From an uncultured Acidobacteriota bacterium (GTDB lineage: Bacteria > Acidobacteriota > Vicinamibacteria > Marinacidobacterales > DATDRI01), in assembly GCA_963697355.1 (NCBI GenBank), contig CAVONV010000023.1:1362400-1426399 (forward strand): a DNA stretch of 64,000 bases, given 5' to 3'. Below the pieces are notes generated by a model, which saw only the letters and a program-made list of their open reading frames with translations, was not told the origin of the DNA and made no database searches. Both the position numbers and the translations under genes were made by a program. Of this stretch, positions 1 to 9,059 are shown piece after piece (position 1 is the stretch's first letter; the number at the start of each line of letters is the position of its first letter).

Positions 1-2610
1 CGTCGGTGCCGCATCCGACTCGCTGGGCATCGTTAACACGAAGCGTTGTCCGTCGCGAGAGATGTCGTAACCACGACCGTAGGGTGGGGCGATGTCGTAA
101 GTACCTTCAAAGAGCACCCGAGGCCTCCCCGGAAGGAGCTCGGGCTGGGTCACGATGTCCACGGCCATCATTCGCTCATCGTCACGATAGAAGAGCTCCC
201 CCCCTTTCGGATTCCACGCCGGCTCTCTTCCCCCGTCGGTCGAAATCCGCCATTTGCCGCCCGGTCCGGGAAACGGCGTCACATAGATTTCGTCGCTACC
301 GGATTCGTTCGAGACGTAGGCAAGCCAGCGGCCGTTCGGTGAAAGCGCCGGCTGAAACTCGTTGGAAGGTGTTTTGAGGAATGGCTCGGGGTTGCGTTCA
401 CCTTCCATGGGAAGCACCCAGATGTCCCACCCCGACTCGGGATCGAGGCTCTGGTGAAAGACGAGGTTCTTGCTGTCGGGAGACCACCCAAAAGGCTGCT
501 GAGCATATTCACTTGTGGTGAGGCGCTCGGCGGAACCGCTGCCATCGGCGGCTTTCCAGAACAAGTTCACGGCACCGCCCGAGCGCATGGAAGGAAAGGC
601 CAACCGTTTCCCGTCGGGACTCCAGACCGGCCAGAAATTCTGACCTTCCGAGGTCAGTGGTGTCAGTATGCCGCGTTCCATCTCATACACCCAGACCTGA
701 GAATCGCCTCCTGCTATCCACATGGCGATTCGATCGCCCTCGGGGGACAACTTTGGTCCTTGGAAGTAACGTTGCTGCAGGTCGGTCATGGGCTGAGCAC
801 TACCGTTGCGATCCACCCAAACGAGTGTCCTGCCGATCCACTGCTGCGCGCCGCTCGGCACATAAATGAGGGTGCCGTTTCTGGAGAGACTGAAATGAGC
901 GTCGCCACATCTGGTGATAGCCACCTCCTCGACGACCGGGACGGGGGCGCCGGTGAGTTCGAGCCGTTCGAGATCAAAAGGCACGGCCAGGATGGAACCC
1001 GCTTCGGCGTAAAGCAAGTGGCCGCTGAGGGCATAACGAGTGTGACTACCGCCCTCGATGAGAGTTTTTCGCTCGCCCGTTTCGAGAGACATCACCTCCA
1101 CTCGAAGCGTGCTACAAGAGCCGTCCAGGGTGCTGAAAACAGCTTCTTTCCCGCCAGGAAGAAGTTCAGGATAGGCAATATCCCACTCACCCTCTTCTAA
1201 ACGTGGGCTGATCAAAGGTTCGGGCGTCCCTCCTATCGATGAGATTCGCCAGATGCCCATACCGGATGTTTCAGCGAAAGTGTGAAAAAGAACGGTGTCG
1301 TCAGATCCCCAGCTTGCCCCTTTCATACTTTCTGGAGCGTTGCAAAGAGGCAGCGGTGGCCCGCCGGTGAGCGAAATCTTCTTGAGCTTTCCATCGGCAT
1401 GAAAGCCGAGCCATTGACTATCCGGGGAGAAGAAAGGGAACTCCCCGTTCTCCGTGCCTTCAATCGGCCGCGCTTTGAGCTCTCCTATTTCTTGCAGGTA
1501 GAGCTGAGTCTTTCCGTCCTGTTGAGCGGGGTACACCATGCGCGTTCCATTCGGCGCAATGGCAATGGAGGAGGTTTTGGCACCGGATAGTAGATACGGG
1601 ATATCTAAAGCAAACCGCATGGGAGCTCCTGAGCCAGGTTCGGTTCTTTGAATCGAAAGCCAGATGGCGAGTCCGCTTGCGAGCGCCACGATCAACCACG
1701 GTACTACGGCCCGCCACCTGCGAGCTTCCGAAACGGGCGTTGCCCCTGCCGATAGCGGTGGTTCCGTCATCGCTTCTTCGATCTCGATGCGCGCATCCGC
1801 TATGTCGTGGAGACGGCCTTGGACATCCTTGCGGAGACATCGGCGCAGCAAACTGCGGACTATCGCGGGTGTAATATGGGGCATCATCTCCCAGACCGGC
1901 TCACGCTCCACGATCTTCGCAATCGTGTCTGTGACTGTCTCGCCCAAGAAAGCTGCCTTGCCTGTCAGAGCCTCATACAGACAACACCCGAAAGCCCAGA
2001 TATCCGTCCGCTTGTCCACCGCCTTCCCACGTGCCTGCTCAGGACTCATGTAAGGAGCGGTGCCAAGAAGAACTCCGGTTTCCGTGTCATCTCTAGTGAT
2101 GGTTGGGGACTCCGACAACCCTTGGGAAGTCGTCTCTCCCGCCATTGCCTTGGCAAGACCAAAATCCAGAACCTTAACCTTCCCCTCGGGTGTCACCTTG
2201 ATATTGGCCGGTTTGAGGTCCCGATGAATCACGCCTTTCTCATGTGCCGCTTCGAGACCTTCAGCGATTTGCTTGAAGAGCGGAAGGGCTTCATCGATAG
2301 GTATGGGACCGCGCTTTATTCGCTCCGCCAGCGTTTCTCCCGGTACGTACTCCAGCGCCAGGAAGTGCACGCCATCGGACTCCTCGAGCTCGTGAATGGC
2401 GGCAATATTCGGGTGGTTCAGTGATGCGAGGAGGCGGGCTTCACGCTCGAATCGGGCTAGGCGCTCCCTGTTCTCAGAGAAAGTTGCGGGTAGGACTTTG
2501 ACTGCGACTTCACGATCCAGCTTGGTGTCCCTGGCAAGATACACCTCTCCCATTCCACCTTCGCCGATCTTCTCTAGGACCTTGTAGTGGGAGAGCGTCC
2601 GGCCAATCAT
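1..2610 (-). CDS. Hanks-type Ser/Thr protein kinase (type B) with TM segment and C-terminal TolB/WD40-like beta-propeller; 3' end runs off the window
   Basis: Absent from the ORF track because there is no stop inside the window. Manual reverse-complement translation from ATG at 2608-2610 gives [26 protein letters not shown]...VAVKVLP...HRDLKPANI...DFGLAK...SPEQ, then a hydrophobic segment and SPDG-type propeller repeats down to position 1 (...ISRDGQRFVLTMPSESDAAPT). A GGAGG SD lies 6 nt upstream. Confidence 0.8.
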   Translation of the reverse strand, partial: MIGRTLSHYKVLEKIGEGGMGEVYLARDTKLDREVAVKVLPATFSENRERLARFEREARLLASLNHPNIAAIHELEESDGVHFLALEYVPGETLAERIKRGPIPIDEALPLFKQIAEGLEAAHEKGVIHRDLKPANIKVTPEGKVKVLDFGLAKAMAGETTSQGLSESPTITRDDTETGVLLGTAPYMSPEQARGKAVDKRTDIWAFGCCLYEALTGKAAFLGETVTDTIAKIVEREPVWEMMPHITPAIVRSLLRRCLRKDVQGRLHDIADARIEIEEAMTEPPLSAGATPVSEARRWRAVVPWLIVALASGLAIWLSIQRTEPGSGAPMRFALDIPYLLSGAKTSSIAIAPNGTRMVYPAQQDGKTQLYLQEIGELKARPIEGTENGEFPFFSPDSQWLGFHADGKLKKISLTGGPPLPLCNAPESMKGASWGSDDTVLFHTFAETSGMGIWRISSIGGTPEPLISPRLEEGEWDIAYPELLPGGKEAVFSTLDGSCSTLRVEVMSLETGERKTLIEGGSHTRYALSGHLLYAEAGSILAVPFDLERLELTGAPVPVVEEVAITRCGDAHFSLSRNGTLIYVPSGAQQWIGRTLVWVDRNGSAQPMTDLQQRYFQGPKLSPEGDRIAMWIAGGDSQVWVYEMERGILTPLTSEGQNFWPVWSPDGKRLAFPSMRSGGAVNLFWKAADGSGSAERLTTSEYAQQPFGWSPDSKNLVFHQSLDPESGWDIWVLPMEGERNPEPFLKTPSNEFQPALSPNGRWLAYVSNESGSDEIYVTPFPGPGGKWRISTDGGREPAWNPKGGELFYRDDERMMAVDIVTQPELLPGRPRVLFEGTYDIAPPYGRGYDISRDGQRFVLTMPSESDAAPT

Positions 2611-2632
2611 GGAGGACCTCCACGTTGGGGTG

Positions 2633-2662
2633 AGGATAGTTCTTTGCCCCGTGAAAAGTCAA
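2633..2662 (-). promoter_or_regulatory. Conserved kinase promoter cassette (-35 TTGACT, 18-nt spacer, -10 TATCCT on the coding strand), copy 1
   Basis: Reverse complement reads TTGACTtttcacggggcaaagaacTATCCTcaccccaaCGTGGAGGTCCTCCATG. The same architecture recurs upstream of four more kinase starts. Confidence 0.5.
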
Positions 2663-2708
2663 AGGTGAGTGCAGGTAGGGAGATTTTGGGATTGTTTCTC
2701 TTTGGGTT

Positions 2709-4538
2709 TCATCCTCCATCGGATTCGACAAACTCCAACCACCGGAACCAGATCGGATGATGCTCCTTGTACCATCGCAGCACCTCGAGCAAGATGGTTT
2801 GGTGCTCCGGCGAGATAACTTCATCCGGTATCCGGTCGAAATGCACGCGGAGATGTTCCTTCGTGTGCTCCAAGGCTTCGGCACAAAGTGTTTGCAGCTC
2901 GTTGCGGATGCGGCCCGAGTCCGAGATCTTGACGGCACGGCCGCGGTAGTCTTCGCCGTAGAAGAACCGGATGAGAAGCGGATTGAAAACCAGCCGGCTC
3001 TCTTCCATGCGTTCCATGAGACGCAATGTGAATGTGATCCGTTTATCGCCAAGCGGCGTGGCGAACCTCACCGTGGTGCGATAGATATTCGGTGAGATCT
3101 CGAGGACTCCGGGTGTGCCCGAATAAGGGTCTGGCTGCATGTAGCCGCAAAGGGCGAGAACGTCCCAACGTTTCTCCGGAAAGAAGTCGTCCACCACCAT
3201 GAGCGGATGATCCAGTGGCAGACCAGCATCTCGTGCTTCGCAGATCATCTTTCGATAATCTTCGACCGTCGTATCGTCCGGCGTCTTATCGAAGAGCCTA
3301 CCCAGCTCACTCGCAAACCCGGCATGCTCGGAATCGAGGTGCATCACGCGCCTCTCCTGCTCGTAGCTGAGCTCGAAACGAGATGTGAAGACGGCCAGCG
3401 AAGCCGTTAGTCCGAGCATGTGCGTCAGGCTCGCCGCCTGCATCGCTTCCGCCGAGGCAGCATATCCATCGATCAAGAAAACGTGGTCTTGATCTTGACT
3501 ATCGTGCCAGGAGCCGACGAGATAGGTCGGAGCGTAAGTTCCAGATTCGGTGAAGGCCGTCATACCGGTAGGCAGTCTCCAGCCATCCTCCACGACATGT
3601 GCGCCTGCGCTTCGCCACTCCTCCCATAGCTTTCCAATCCGCGGAGCCCGACTCTTGCCTTGTAGAGTCCAAACATGAACATTTTCCCGACGGATACCGG
3701 GATAGGCAGCCTCGATCGCCTCCATCACCGTCGATCGTGGCGTTCGGTAGTCGAGAAGCACAGAAAGGTCCGCGGCAAGGTCCACCACTTTTTTCGGTAG
3801 AAACAATGTTCCCATGTAGCCTTCATAGGGACGGTAGATCCGAAGTGGTTGCTCGAACAGGTGAAGAATGGTCATCGGACCGGTCGAGCACTTTTTAGCG
3901 AACCGCGATGTGTTCTCCAGCGTATCCACTGCAGCGCCCCACACGGTGATTCCCGCCTTCTTGATCTCCTCGTAGAACTGGTCCCATTCGTAATCCCGAT
4001 CGTTCAGCATTCGGGCCACCCGCTCCTCGAGCCATTGCGCTACGAGCGGGCGAGCATAGATCCGGCCGAAGCCGAGCTGGGGATTCGAGCCCATCTCCGG
4101 AGTCTCACCTGCTTTGGGCATCAGTCCCTCGCCGAGGCTCACCATGATGGCGTGGTTCTCCGGCAGTTGACGCGAGGCATACCACAGACTCTCGGCTAGG
4201 ACGTATGCGGAGATGGCGTCCGCATCCTTCTTGACCTGGTTGAGCTCGGCCTTGTCTTTACCTTCACCCTCGCCGAACCGACCGAAGAGCTGGGTTCCAA
4301 ATGCCGTGGCTCCGACGGCCATGGCCATCAGTCGCTCCATTTGAGGGTTCATGAAGGAGATTTGGTTGGTGAGGCCTGGTTTCGGAACGCCCCTCAACCA
4401 CTCGATCTCGACGTCCTCGAGCCAAAGATGAAGGCGAGAGAGGATGGGGCGGGTGTCGAAGGCCCACTGGGCAATCCGGTCGCGTCCTTCGGGGTCTTTG
4501 GCGTCTGCGACCTTCGTTTCGTCGTTTTTGGACTTCAT
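2709..4538 (-). CDS. Conserved hypothetical protein (609 aa), no family recognised
   Basis: Long uninterrupted ORF with genome-typical codon usage, sitting between a kinase gene and a kinase remnant. No convincing match to FBPase (GlpX or class 3) or any other family I can name. Confidence 0.6.
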   Translation of the reverse strand: MKSKNDETKVADAKDPEGRDRIAQWAFDTRPILSRLHLWLEDVEIEWLRGVPKPGLTNQISFMNPQMERLMAMAVGATAFGTQLFGRFGEGEGKDKAELNQVKKDADAISAYVLAESLWYASRQLPENHAIMVSLGEGLMPKAGETPEMGSNPQLGFGRIYARPLVAQWLEERVARMLNDRDYEWDQFYEEIKKAGITVWGAAVDTLENTSRFAKKCSTGPMTILHLFEQPLRIYRPYEGYMGTLFLPKKVVDLAADLSVLLDYRTPRSTVMEAIEAAYPGIRRENVHVWTLQGKSRAPRIGKLWEEWRSAGAHVVEDGWRLPTGMTAFTESGTYAPTYLVGSWHDSQDQDHVFLIDGYAASAEAMQAASLTHMLGLTASLAVFTSRFELSYEQERRVMHLDSEHAGFASELGRLFDKTPDDTTVEDYRKMICEARDAGLPLDHPLMVVDDFFPEKRWDVLALCGYMQPDPYSGTPGVLEISPNIYRTTVRFATPLGDKRITFTLRLMERMEESRLVFNPLLIRFFYGEDYRGRAVKISDSGRIRNELQTLCAEALEHTKEHLRVHFDRIPDEVISPEHQTILLEVLRWYKEHHPIWFRWLEFVESDGG

Positions 4539-4589
4539 TATATGGCTGACCTCGAGAATTCCTCTTACAAGTAAGCGCCTCGAACAAAC

Positions 4590-4800
4590 GGTACCCGAAC
4601 GCCCAGAGATCGGTTCGTCCCGAGCATGACGTCCGATTCCGTAGCGTCTCTAGTCATTATCGGGGACTCTGACAAACCCTGGGAAAACGTTTCTCCTAAT
4701 ATCGCCTTCTCTCGCCCACGGTCCAACGCCTTGACATTACCTTCGGGTGTGACCTTGATGCAGGCCTGAGGTCTCGGTGAACGACGCCTTTCTCATGCGA
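4590..4800 (-). pseudogene. Internal fragment of a type-B Ser/Thr kinase (catalytic-loop/activation-segment region only)
   Basis: Nucleotide similarity to positions 2040-2260 of the kinase at 1..2610 (e.g. tctcggtgaacgacgcctttctcatg vs cccgatgaatcacgcctttctcatg). No start, no N-lobe, no intact frame. Confidence 0.45.
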
Positions 4801-4840
4801 ACCAACTACCGATTGGTTGCTCACCCTCAACTAGGTCACC

Positions 4841-5296
4841 TCACTCCTTAGCATATGCGCCGAAATCCCACTCGATGGGATGAAGGAAACTCTGGAACTC
4901 GATGGATCGGCCTTCGGGATCTTGGGCATAGAAATGATAGATCCGATACTTCGTATTTTCCTTCGGCGCCGAACGCGCGCTCGCTTCCAGCTCGTCGTAA
5001 AGCTCATCCACATCTTCCTTCTTCTCATAAAAAAACGTGATAAGTGTGTCGAGGTCGGCCTCTTGACTTTGGCAGAACCCAACGAGGAGATTCCCATACC
5101 TCAGGATCGCGCAGGTACCTTGGTCGAGCCACAGATCACACCCTATGGGTTGGATGTAGAAGTCTTTCAACTCCTCGAGCATCGTCGTCTTGAAGAAGAC
5201 CAGCCCACTGCCCTTTGCCTCGACCTCCCGACGATTCTCGGCATGCAGAATGCCAGATAGACAAACGAGTGAGACGAGAACCCACACCGGTTTCAT
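4841..5296 (-). CDS. Secreted VOC/glyoxalase-like protein (151 aa) with N-terminal signal peptide
   Basis: MKPVWVLVSLVCLSGILHA signal. The C-terminal half (YRIYHFYAQDPEGRSIEFQ) resembles the glyoxalase/bleomycin-resistance fold. Confidence 0.5.
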   Translation of the reverse strand: MKPVWVLVSLVCLSGILHAENRREVEAKGSGLVFFKTTMLEELKDFYIQPIGCDLWLDQGTCAILRYGNLLVGFCQSQEADLDTLITFFYEKKEDVDELYDELEASARSAPKENTKYRIYHFYAQDPEGRSIEFQSFLHPIEWDFGAYAKE

Positions 5297-5326
5297 ATCA
5301 ACCTCCGAGCCTTTTATTTGGGCGGA

Positions 5327-5566
5327 TCACATACTCCAGGATCTTGAAACACGTATAAATCGAATCAGCATGAGGAACGCCTCTTTTGCTTCCGTTTCCG
5401 CATCCGGACGGATGTCTCCCTGGAGATAGACGACCGGCTTTCCAGAAGCCTTGGCCTCTTCAGGAGAGGTCACGCGTGGGTTGGCCAGGACGATGGCGGA
5501 TCCCACGTTGCGCAAAGTGGTGATGAACATATGGATCACGTGGACATTCTCGCTGTTCGGCTTCAT
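5327..5566 (-). CDS. Small hypothetical protein (79 aa), possibly a gene fragment
   Basis: ORF only; no motif recognised. Confidence 0.25.
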   Translation of the reverse strand: MKPNSENVHVIHMFITTLRNVGSAIVLANPRVTSPEEAKASGKPVVYLQGDIRPDAETEAKEAFLMLIRFIRVSRSWSM

Positions 5567-5774
5567 AAGATCTCCGCCACCTGACTACTGGGTCAGGCCA
5601 GCGAGGCCCCAATGTGCCGTGGCTCGTCAGCTTCAACCCGCTAAGCGTTCGACTTCGCTCTTGGTCTGAATCCCGGTAGAAACATCGGAGTCCGCCTTCG
5701 ATATTCGATGTTTCGGCTGTCCGTTCACTTCGACGATCGTCTGGCGACGCTGGCATTCAAACGCTAAAGCGGTT

Positions 5775-6791
5775 TCATTGCCTAATCCAGGCCGGTCCTC
5801 CTAGGGCCGACATCGCCCGCAATTCGGCAGGTGGATTCAATTGAAGCCTGATGGTCTTGTCCAACGACGCTGCAAGCCATTTCTTGGTATCTGTGGGTTC
5901 CCCGAGTAAGGCCAGCATCTGCTCGTCCAGTCCCTCGTCGGCCGGCGCGTCAATATAAAAGGCTCTTAGTGTTTTGGAAAAGGTTTCCATGCGTCCACGG
6001 TTGGAGGCCAGATGGATGTTTCTACCACAGGCTGCGAATGGTTGTTCTGGATGGAGATTTCCGCCGATCGCATCCAGAACGACTTGTAGGTTCTCGACGA
6101 ATCTCGAATGACAGGGCCACAGCATGTCGATGGCAAGGCCCAAAGAAAGCTCGGCATCATCCCCGTTCTCGGTATCGTGAATAAAGGTTCGAACGGTTGT
6201 TCGCCAGAACGCTTCATGTTCTTTGTAGCGTACCGGACATTCGTCACGATAGGCGACGTCGTATTCACCTCCACTCAAGAGTAACCAGGCGTAGTGAGCC
6301 GATGGGTCATCCACCGGTCGCTGCCAATGGATCACACTACGGATTTTGTCAACGACCCTTTGGAGCTGCCACTCTTTCAGCGGCGAGCGTTCACCAAGGC
6401 GTTCGAGGATTTGAAAGGCTGGTACATGACCGATGGACCAGTCGATTTGAGAGCTTGGACATCCAGCACACCATGCCGATAGAGCGGCGCACGTGTTCTG
6501 CCAAACCGTTTCGACAGGGTGTCGCTCCCCGGGCCGACGGGTGCCCAGCCCCTTTCGGGTCTCTCCGGAGCCGATCGCTTCGAGAATATTCACGACCCAT
6601 TGATCAGCCTTGTGATGGCACAATTCGAGACCAGAAATGAGCTCACGAATTTTCGACAGGTTTGGATCGATGGGTGCGAAAGCGTCTTCCATGCGATCAA
6701 TCTGCAGGATTTCGGAATCTACGCTAAGGGCACAATTACGCCACCATGTTCTCAACGATGTCGACATCGGATCTGCTCCAAAAAAAAGCAA
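5775..6791 (-). CDS. Hypothetical protein (338 aa), no family recognised
   Basis: Long ORF with typical codon usage, located between the VOC-like gene and a kinase stub. Confidence 0.5.
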   Translation of the reverse strand: MLFFGADPMSTSLRTWWRNCALSVDSEILQIDRMEDAFAPIDPNLSKIRELISGLELCHHKADQWVVNILEAIGSGETRKGLGTRRPGERHPVETVWQNTCAALSAWCAGCPSSQIDWSIGHVPAFQILERLGERSPLKEWQLQRVVDKIRSVIHWQRPVDDPSAHYAWLLLSGGEYDVAYRDECPVRYKEHEAFWRTTVRTFIHDTENGDDAELSLGLAIDMLWPCHSRFVENLQVVLDAIGGNLHPEQPFAACGRNIHLASNRGRMETFSKTLRAFYIDAPADEGLDEQMLALLGEPTDTKKWLAASLDKTIRLQLNPPAELRAMSALGGPAWIRQ

Positions 6792-7081
6792 TCTCGAAGA
6801 ACTTGTTGAGCGCCATGCCCCCTGTCCGCCGTAGCCTTGGCGAAGGCGGATGTCGTGGATGGCAATGATGTTGGGTGGTTGAGCGCGGATGCAGACCTGG
6901 CCTCCTGCTCAAAGCGCCGCAGTCGTTCGGGACCGGTGGCAAGCTCCTCCCGAAGCACCTTGATGGTCACATCCCGTCCCCGCTTGTGGTCCTTCGCCCG
7001 GTAGACTTCTCTTATCCCACCCGAGCCGAGAAGGGAAGTGATGTCGTAATGGCCGAGTCGGGTGCCGGGTTCGAGGCTCAT
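6752..7081 (-). pseudogene. N-terminal stub of a type-B Ser/Thr kinase (subdomains I-IV, then out-of-frame sequence)
   Basis: [29 protein letters not shown]...VTIKVL...[15 protein letters not shown], then a non-kinase tail. It starts immediately after the stop of the deleted type-A gene at 7092. Confidence 0.6.
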
Positions 7082-7091
7082 GTTCTGACCC

Positions 7092-7555
7092 TCACATCAT
7101 GCCGAGCTTCCTCTTTGCTTCTTCCACTCGCTCGCGGTCCATGTCGCCGTCTTTCCAGTACTCGTGGAAGCGGCGGTAGTACTCGCGGGCTCTGCCCATA
7201 TCGCCCCGGTTCTCGTGGATCGTGCCCAGGAAGTAGAAGCTGCGGACATAGGGGAGGGGCGACCAAAAGCGCTCAGTGGTGCTTTCGATGATACGCTCAA
7301 ACCATATGACTGGGACAGGTCCGTCATCAATATGTCCGTGATGCCGGTGCGGAGCCAATCGAGCTCCGGGTCTCCCTTTGTAGTCTCGAAGAGAGCACGG
7401 CGATGGACGGTTTTGCCACACGACCTTTCTGGAGGGAGAACTTTGAGAGCTACTTCGCGGTCAAGCTTTAGTTTAACGGCACGGTAGACGATGCCCATGC
7501 CGCCTCGGCTGATCTCAGAGAGGATTTTGTAATGCGAGAGAGTTCGACCCATCAC
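7092..7555 (-). pseudogene. Internally deleted derivative of a type-A kinase-TPR gene (N-terminus, one middle block and C-terminus retained)
   Basis: Frame 1: [41 protein letters not shown], then DPELDWLRTGITDILMTDLSQS (matches [22 protein letters not shown] of the 10462..13441 gene). Frame 2 ends [57 protein letters not shown], matching the C-terminus of the 989-aa paralog. Confidence 0.65.
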
Positions 7556-7577
7556 GGAGGACCTCCACGCTGGAGTG

Positions 7578-7607
7578 AGAATAGTGGCTTTCCGATGGGA
7601 AAGTCAA
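7578..7607 (-). promoter_or_regulatory. Conserved kinase promoter cassette, copy 2 (TTGACT, 18-nt spacer, TATTCT)
   Basis: Reverse complement reads TTGACTttcccatcggaaagccacTATTCTcactccagCGTGGAGGTCCTCCGTGATGGGTCG. Confidence 0.45.
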
Positions 7608-7755
7608 AAGAGGGAATACGAGCGAAGAGGAACGTCATGTGAGCGTTCACGTGGTCAGTCAGTTGGTGGCACCTAACTTTTCAACCTGACCAACCGGGTC
7701 AACGTGGGCGAGCCCTCGGCTAACGTTTGATTCGAGTCAGTACTACCTGGACGGC

Positions 7756-9045
7756 TCATGAGGGGTGAGGTCGCGGACACCTCGACCTCCGATTCCGCTC
7801 CAGGCGCAAATCGGAGTCCGCCCCAACTTCTAGTCCGCTCGAGCTAGCCGCCGATTTGAACAACTCTTGCCACGCGGTACAAATCGTCATCGAGAGAGGA
7901 AGGGTTGAAGGCCGCTTCGGTCGATTTACTGACAATACGTCAGCAGGCGAAATGCTCCTCAACCGCGCGATCGCGCTTTCGAGCGTCGATTCCTGCTTGC
8001 AGAAGCAAAACCGTGCGAATCCTGTAGCCGGCTGGTTCGCGTAAAACGCACCGAAGGGAACGGCGGACACACCGGCCTCGCTGGTGATGTGACGGCAGAA
8101 CTGTTCGTCCGTGTCGGCGAATCCAAGCGGTCGATAATCTGCGTTCAGAAAGTAGGTCCCCTCGCAGCTCGCGACGCGCATGCCGACGGAGACGAGACCG
8201 TCGCGCAGTAGATCACGTCTCGCCTGCATGTCGCTCTGCAGATCGGCGAAGTAGCCGTCATCCTTGCGCAATCCATAAGCAACGGCCCGTTGGAGGTTAG
8301 GCGGCGTGGCGAAGGTCAGAAACTGATGGGCTCGTCCGATAGCGGTTAGAATCTCCGGCGGCGCCGTGACGTAACCGACCTTCCATCCGGTGAGAGAAAA
8401 GGTCTTGCCGGCGGATCCGATGCGCGCACAGCGTTCGCGCATGCCGGGCAGAGTCATCAACGGCACGTGGGTCCGTCCGTCGAATACGAGATGCTCGTAG
8501 ACCTCGTCGCAAACAGCAAAGGCGTCGTGACGCCGAAGTAGGTCGGCCAACGCCTCGAGCTCTCGGCGCGAGAATACCTTCCCCGATGGATTCATCGGTG
8601 TGTTGAGCAAGACCAGTTTCGTTCGATCCGAAAAGGCACCGGCGAGCGCATCGACCGGTAGCTCCCAGTCCGGCGGTTGAAGTCGAATCGGCACCGCCAC
8701 GGCACCGGCCCGTCGAATGATCGGAACGTAGCAATCGTAAGCCGGCTCGAACACGATCGCCTCGTCTCCGGGATCGAGAAGACCGAAAAGACAAGCGGCC
8801 AGTGCCTCGGTGGCTCCGGACGTGACACCGACTTCGATGCTCCAGTCGACTTCCAGATCGTAGAAGCGGCGGTTGTGCTCGGCCACGGCCTGTCTGAGCT
8901 CCGGGACACCGAGCATGGGCGGATACTGATTCGGCTGGTCTTCGAGCGCTTCGGCGGCGACGCGCCGAACATCGTCGGGACCGTTGCCGTCGGGGAAGCC
9001 TTGCCCCAGGTTGATCGCGTCGTGCTCTCGGGCGAGCCGCGACAT
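7756..9045 (-). CDS. PLP-dependent aminotransferase, class I/II (methionine/kynurenine-aminotransferase-like); N-terminus shortened at a fusion junction
   Basis: MSRLAREHDAINLGQGFPD...SAGKTFSLTGWKVGY. The usual N-terminal ~15 aa are missing: in frame upstream the sequence reads *SHRIKYLAEYGTTVFEV-MSRLA, with a TGA lying inside the kinase remnant. Confidence 0.8.
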   Translation of the reverse strand: MSRLAREHDAINLGQGFPDGNGPDDVRRVAAEALEDQPNQYPPMLGVPELRQAVAEHNRRFYDLEVDWSIEVGVTSGATEALAACLFGLLDPGDEAIVFEPAYDCYVPIIRRAGAVAVPIRLQPPDWELPVDALAGAFSDRTKLVLLNTPMNPSGKVFSRRELEALADLLRRHDAFAVCDEVYEHLVFDGRTHVPLMTLPGMRERCARIGSAGKTFSLTGWKVGYVTAPPEILTAIGRAHQFLTFATPPNLQRAVAYGLRKDDGYFADLQSDMQARRDLLRDGLVSVGMRVASCEGTYFLNADYRPLGFADTDEQFCRHITSEAGVSAVPFGAFYANQPATGFARFCFCKQESTLESAIARLRSISPADVLSVNRPKRPSTLPLSMTICTAWQELFKSAASSSGLEVGADSDLRLERNRRSRCPRPHPS

Positions 9046-9059
9046 GACTTCGAATACGG

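Noticed and set aside
454-1200. 248-aa plus-strand ORF
   Set aside because: Antisense to the kinase beta-propeller region. The translation has no domain character, and the region is fully explained by the minus-strand kinase that the ORF track omitted for lack of a stop.
2709-4538. Possible assignment of the 609-aa protein as a class II/III fructose-1,6-bisphosphatase
   Set aside because: Only a short GKSR-containing stretch resembles GlpX. The class-3 FBPase metallophosphatase motifs (for example DLHG) are absent, so it is left unassigned.
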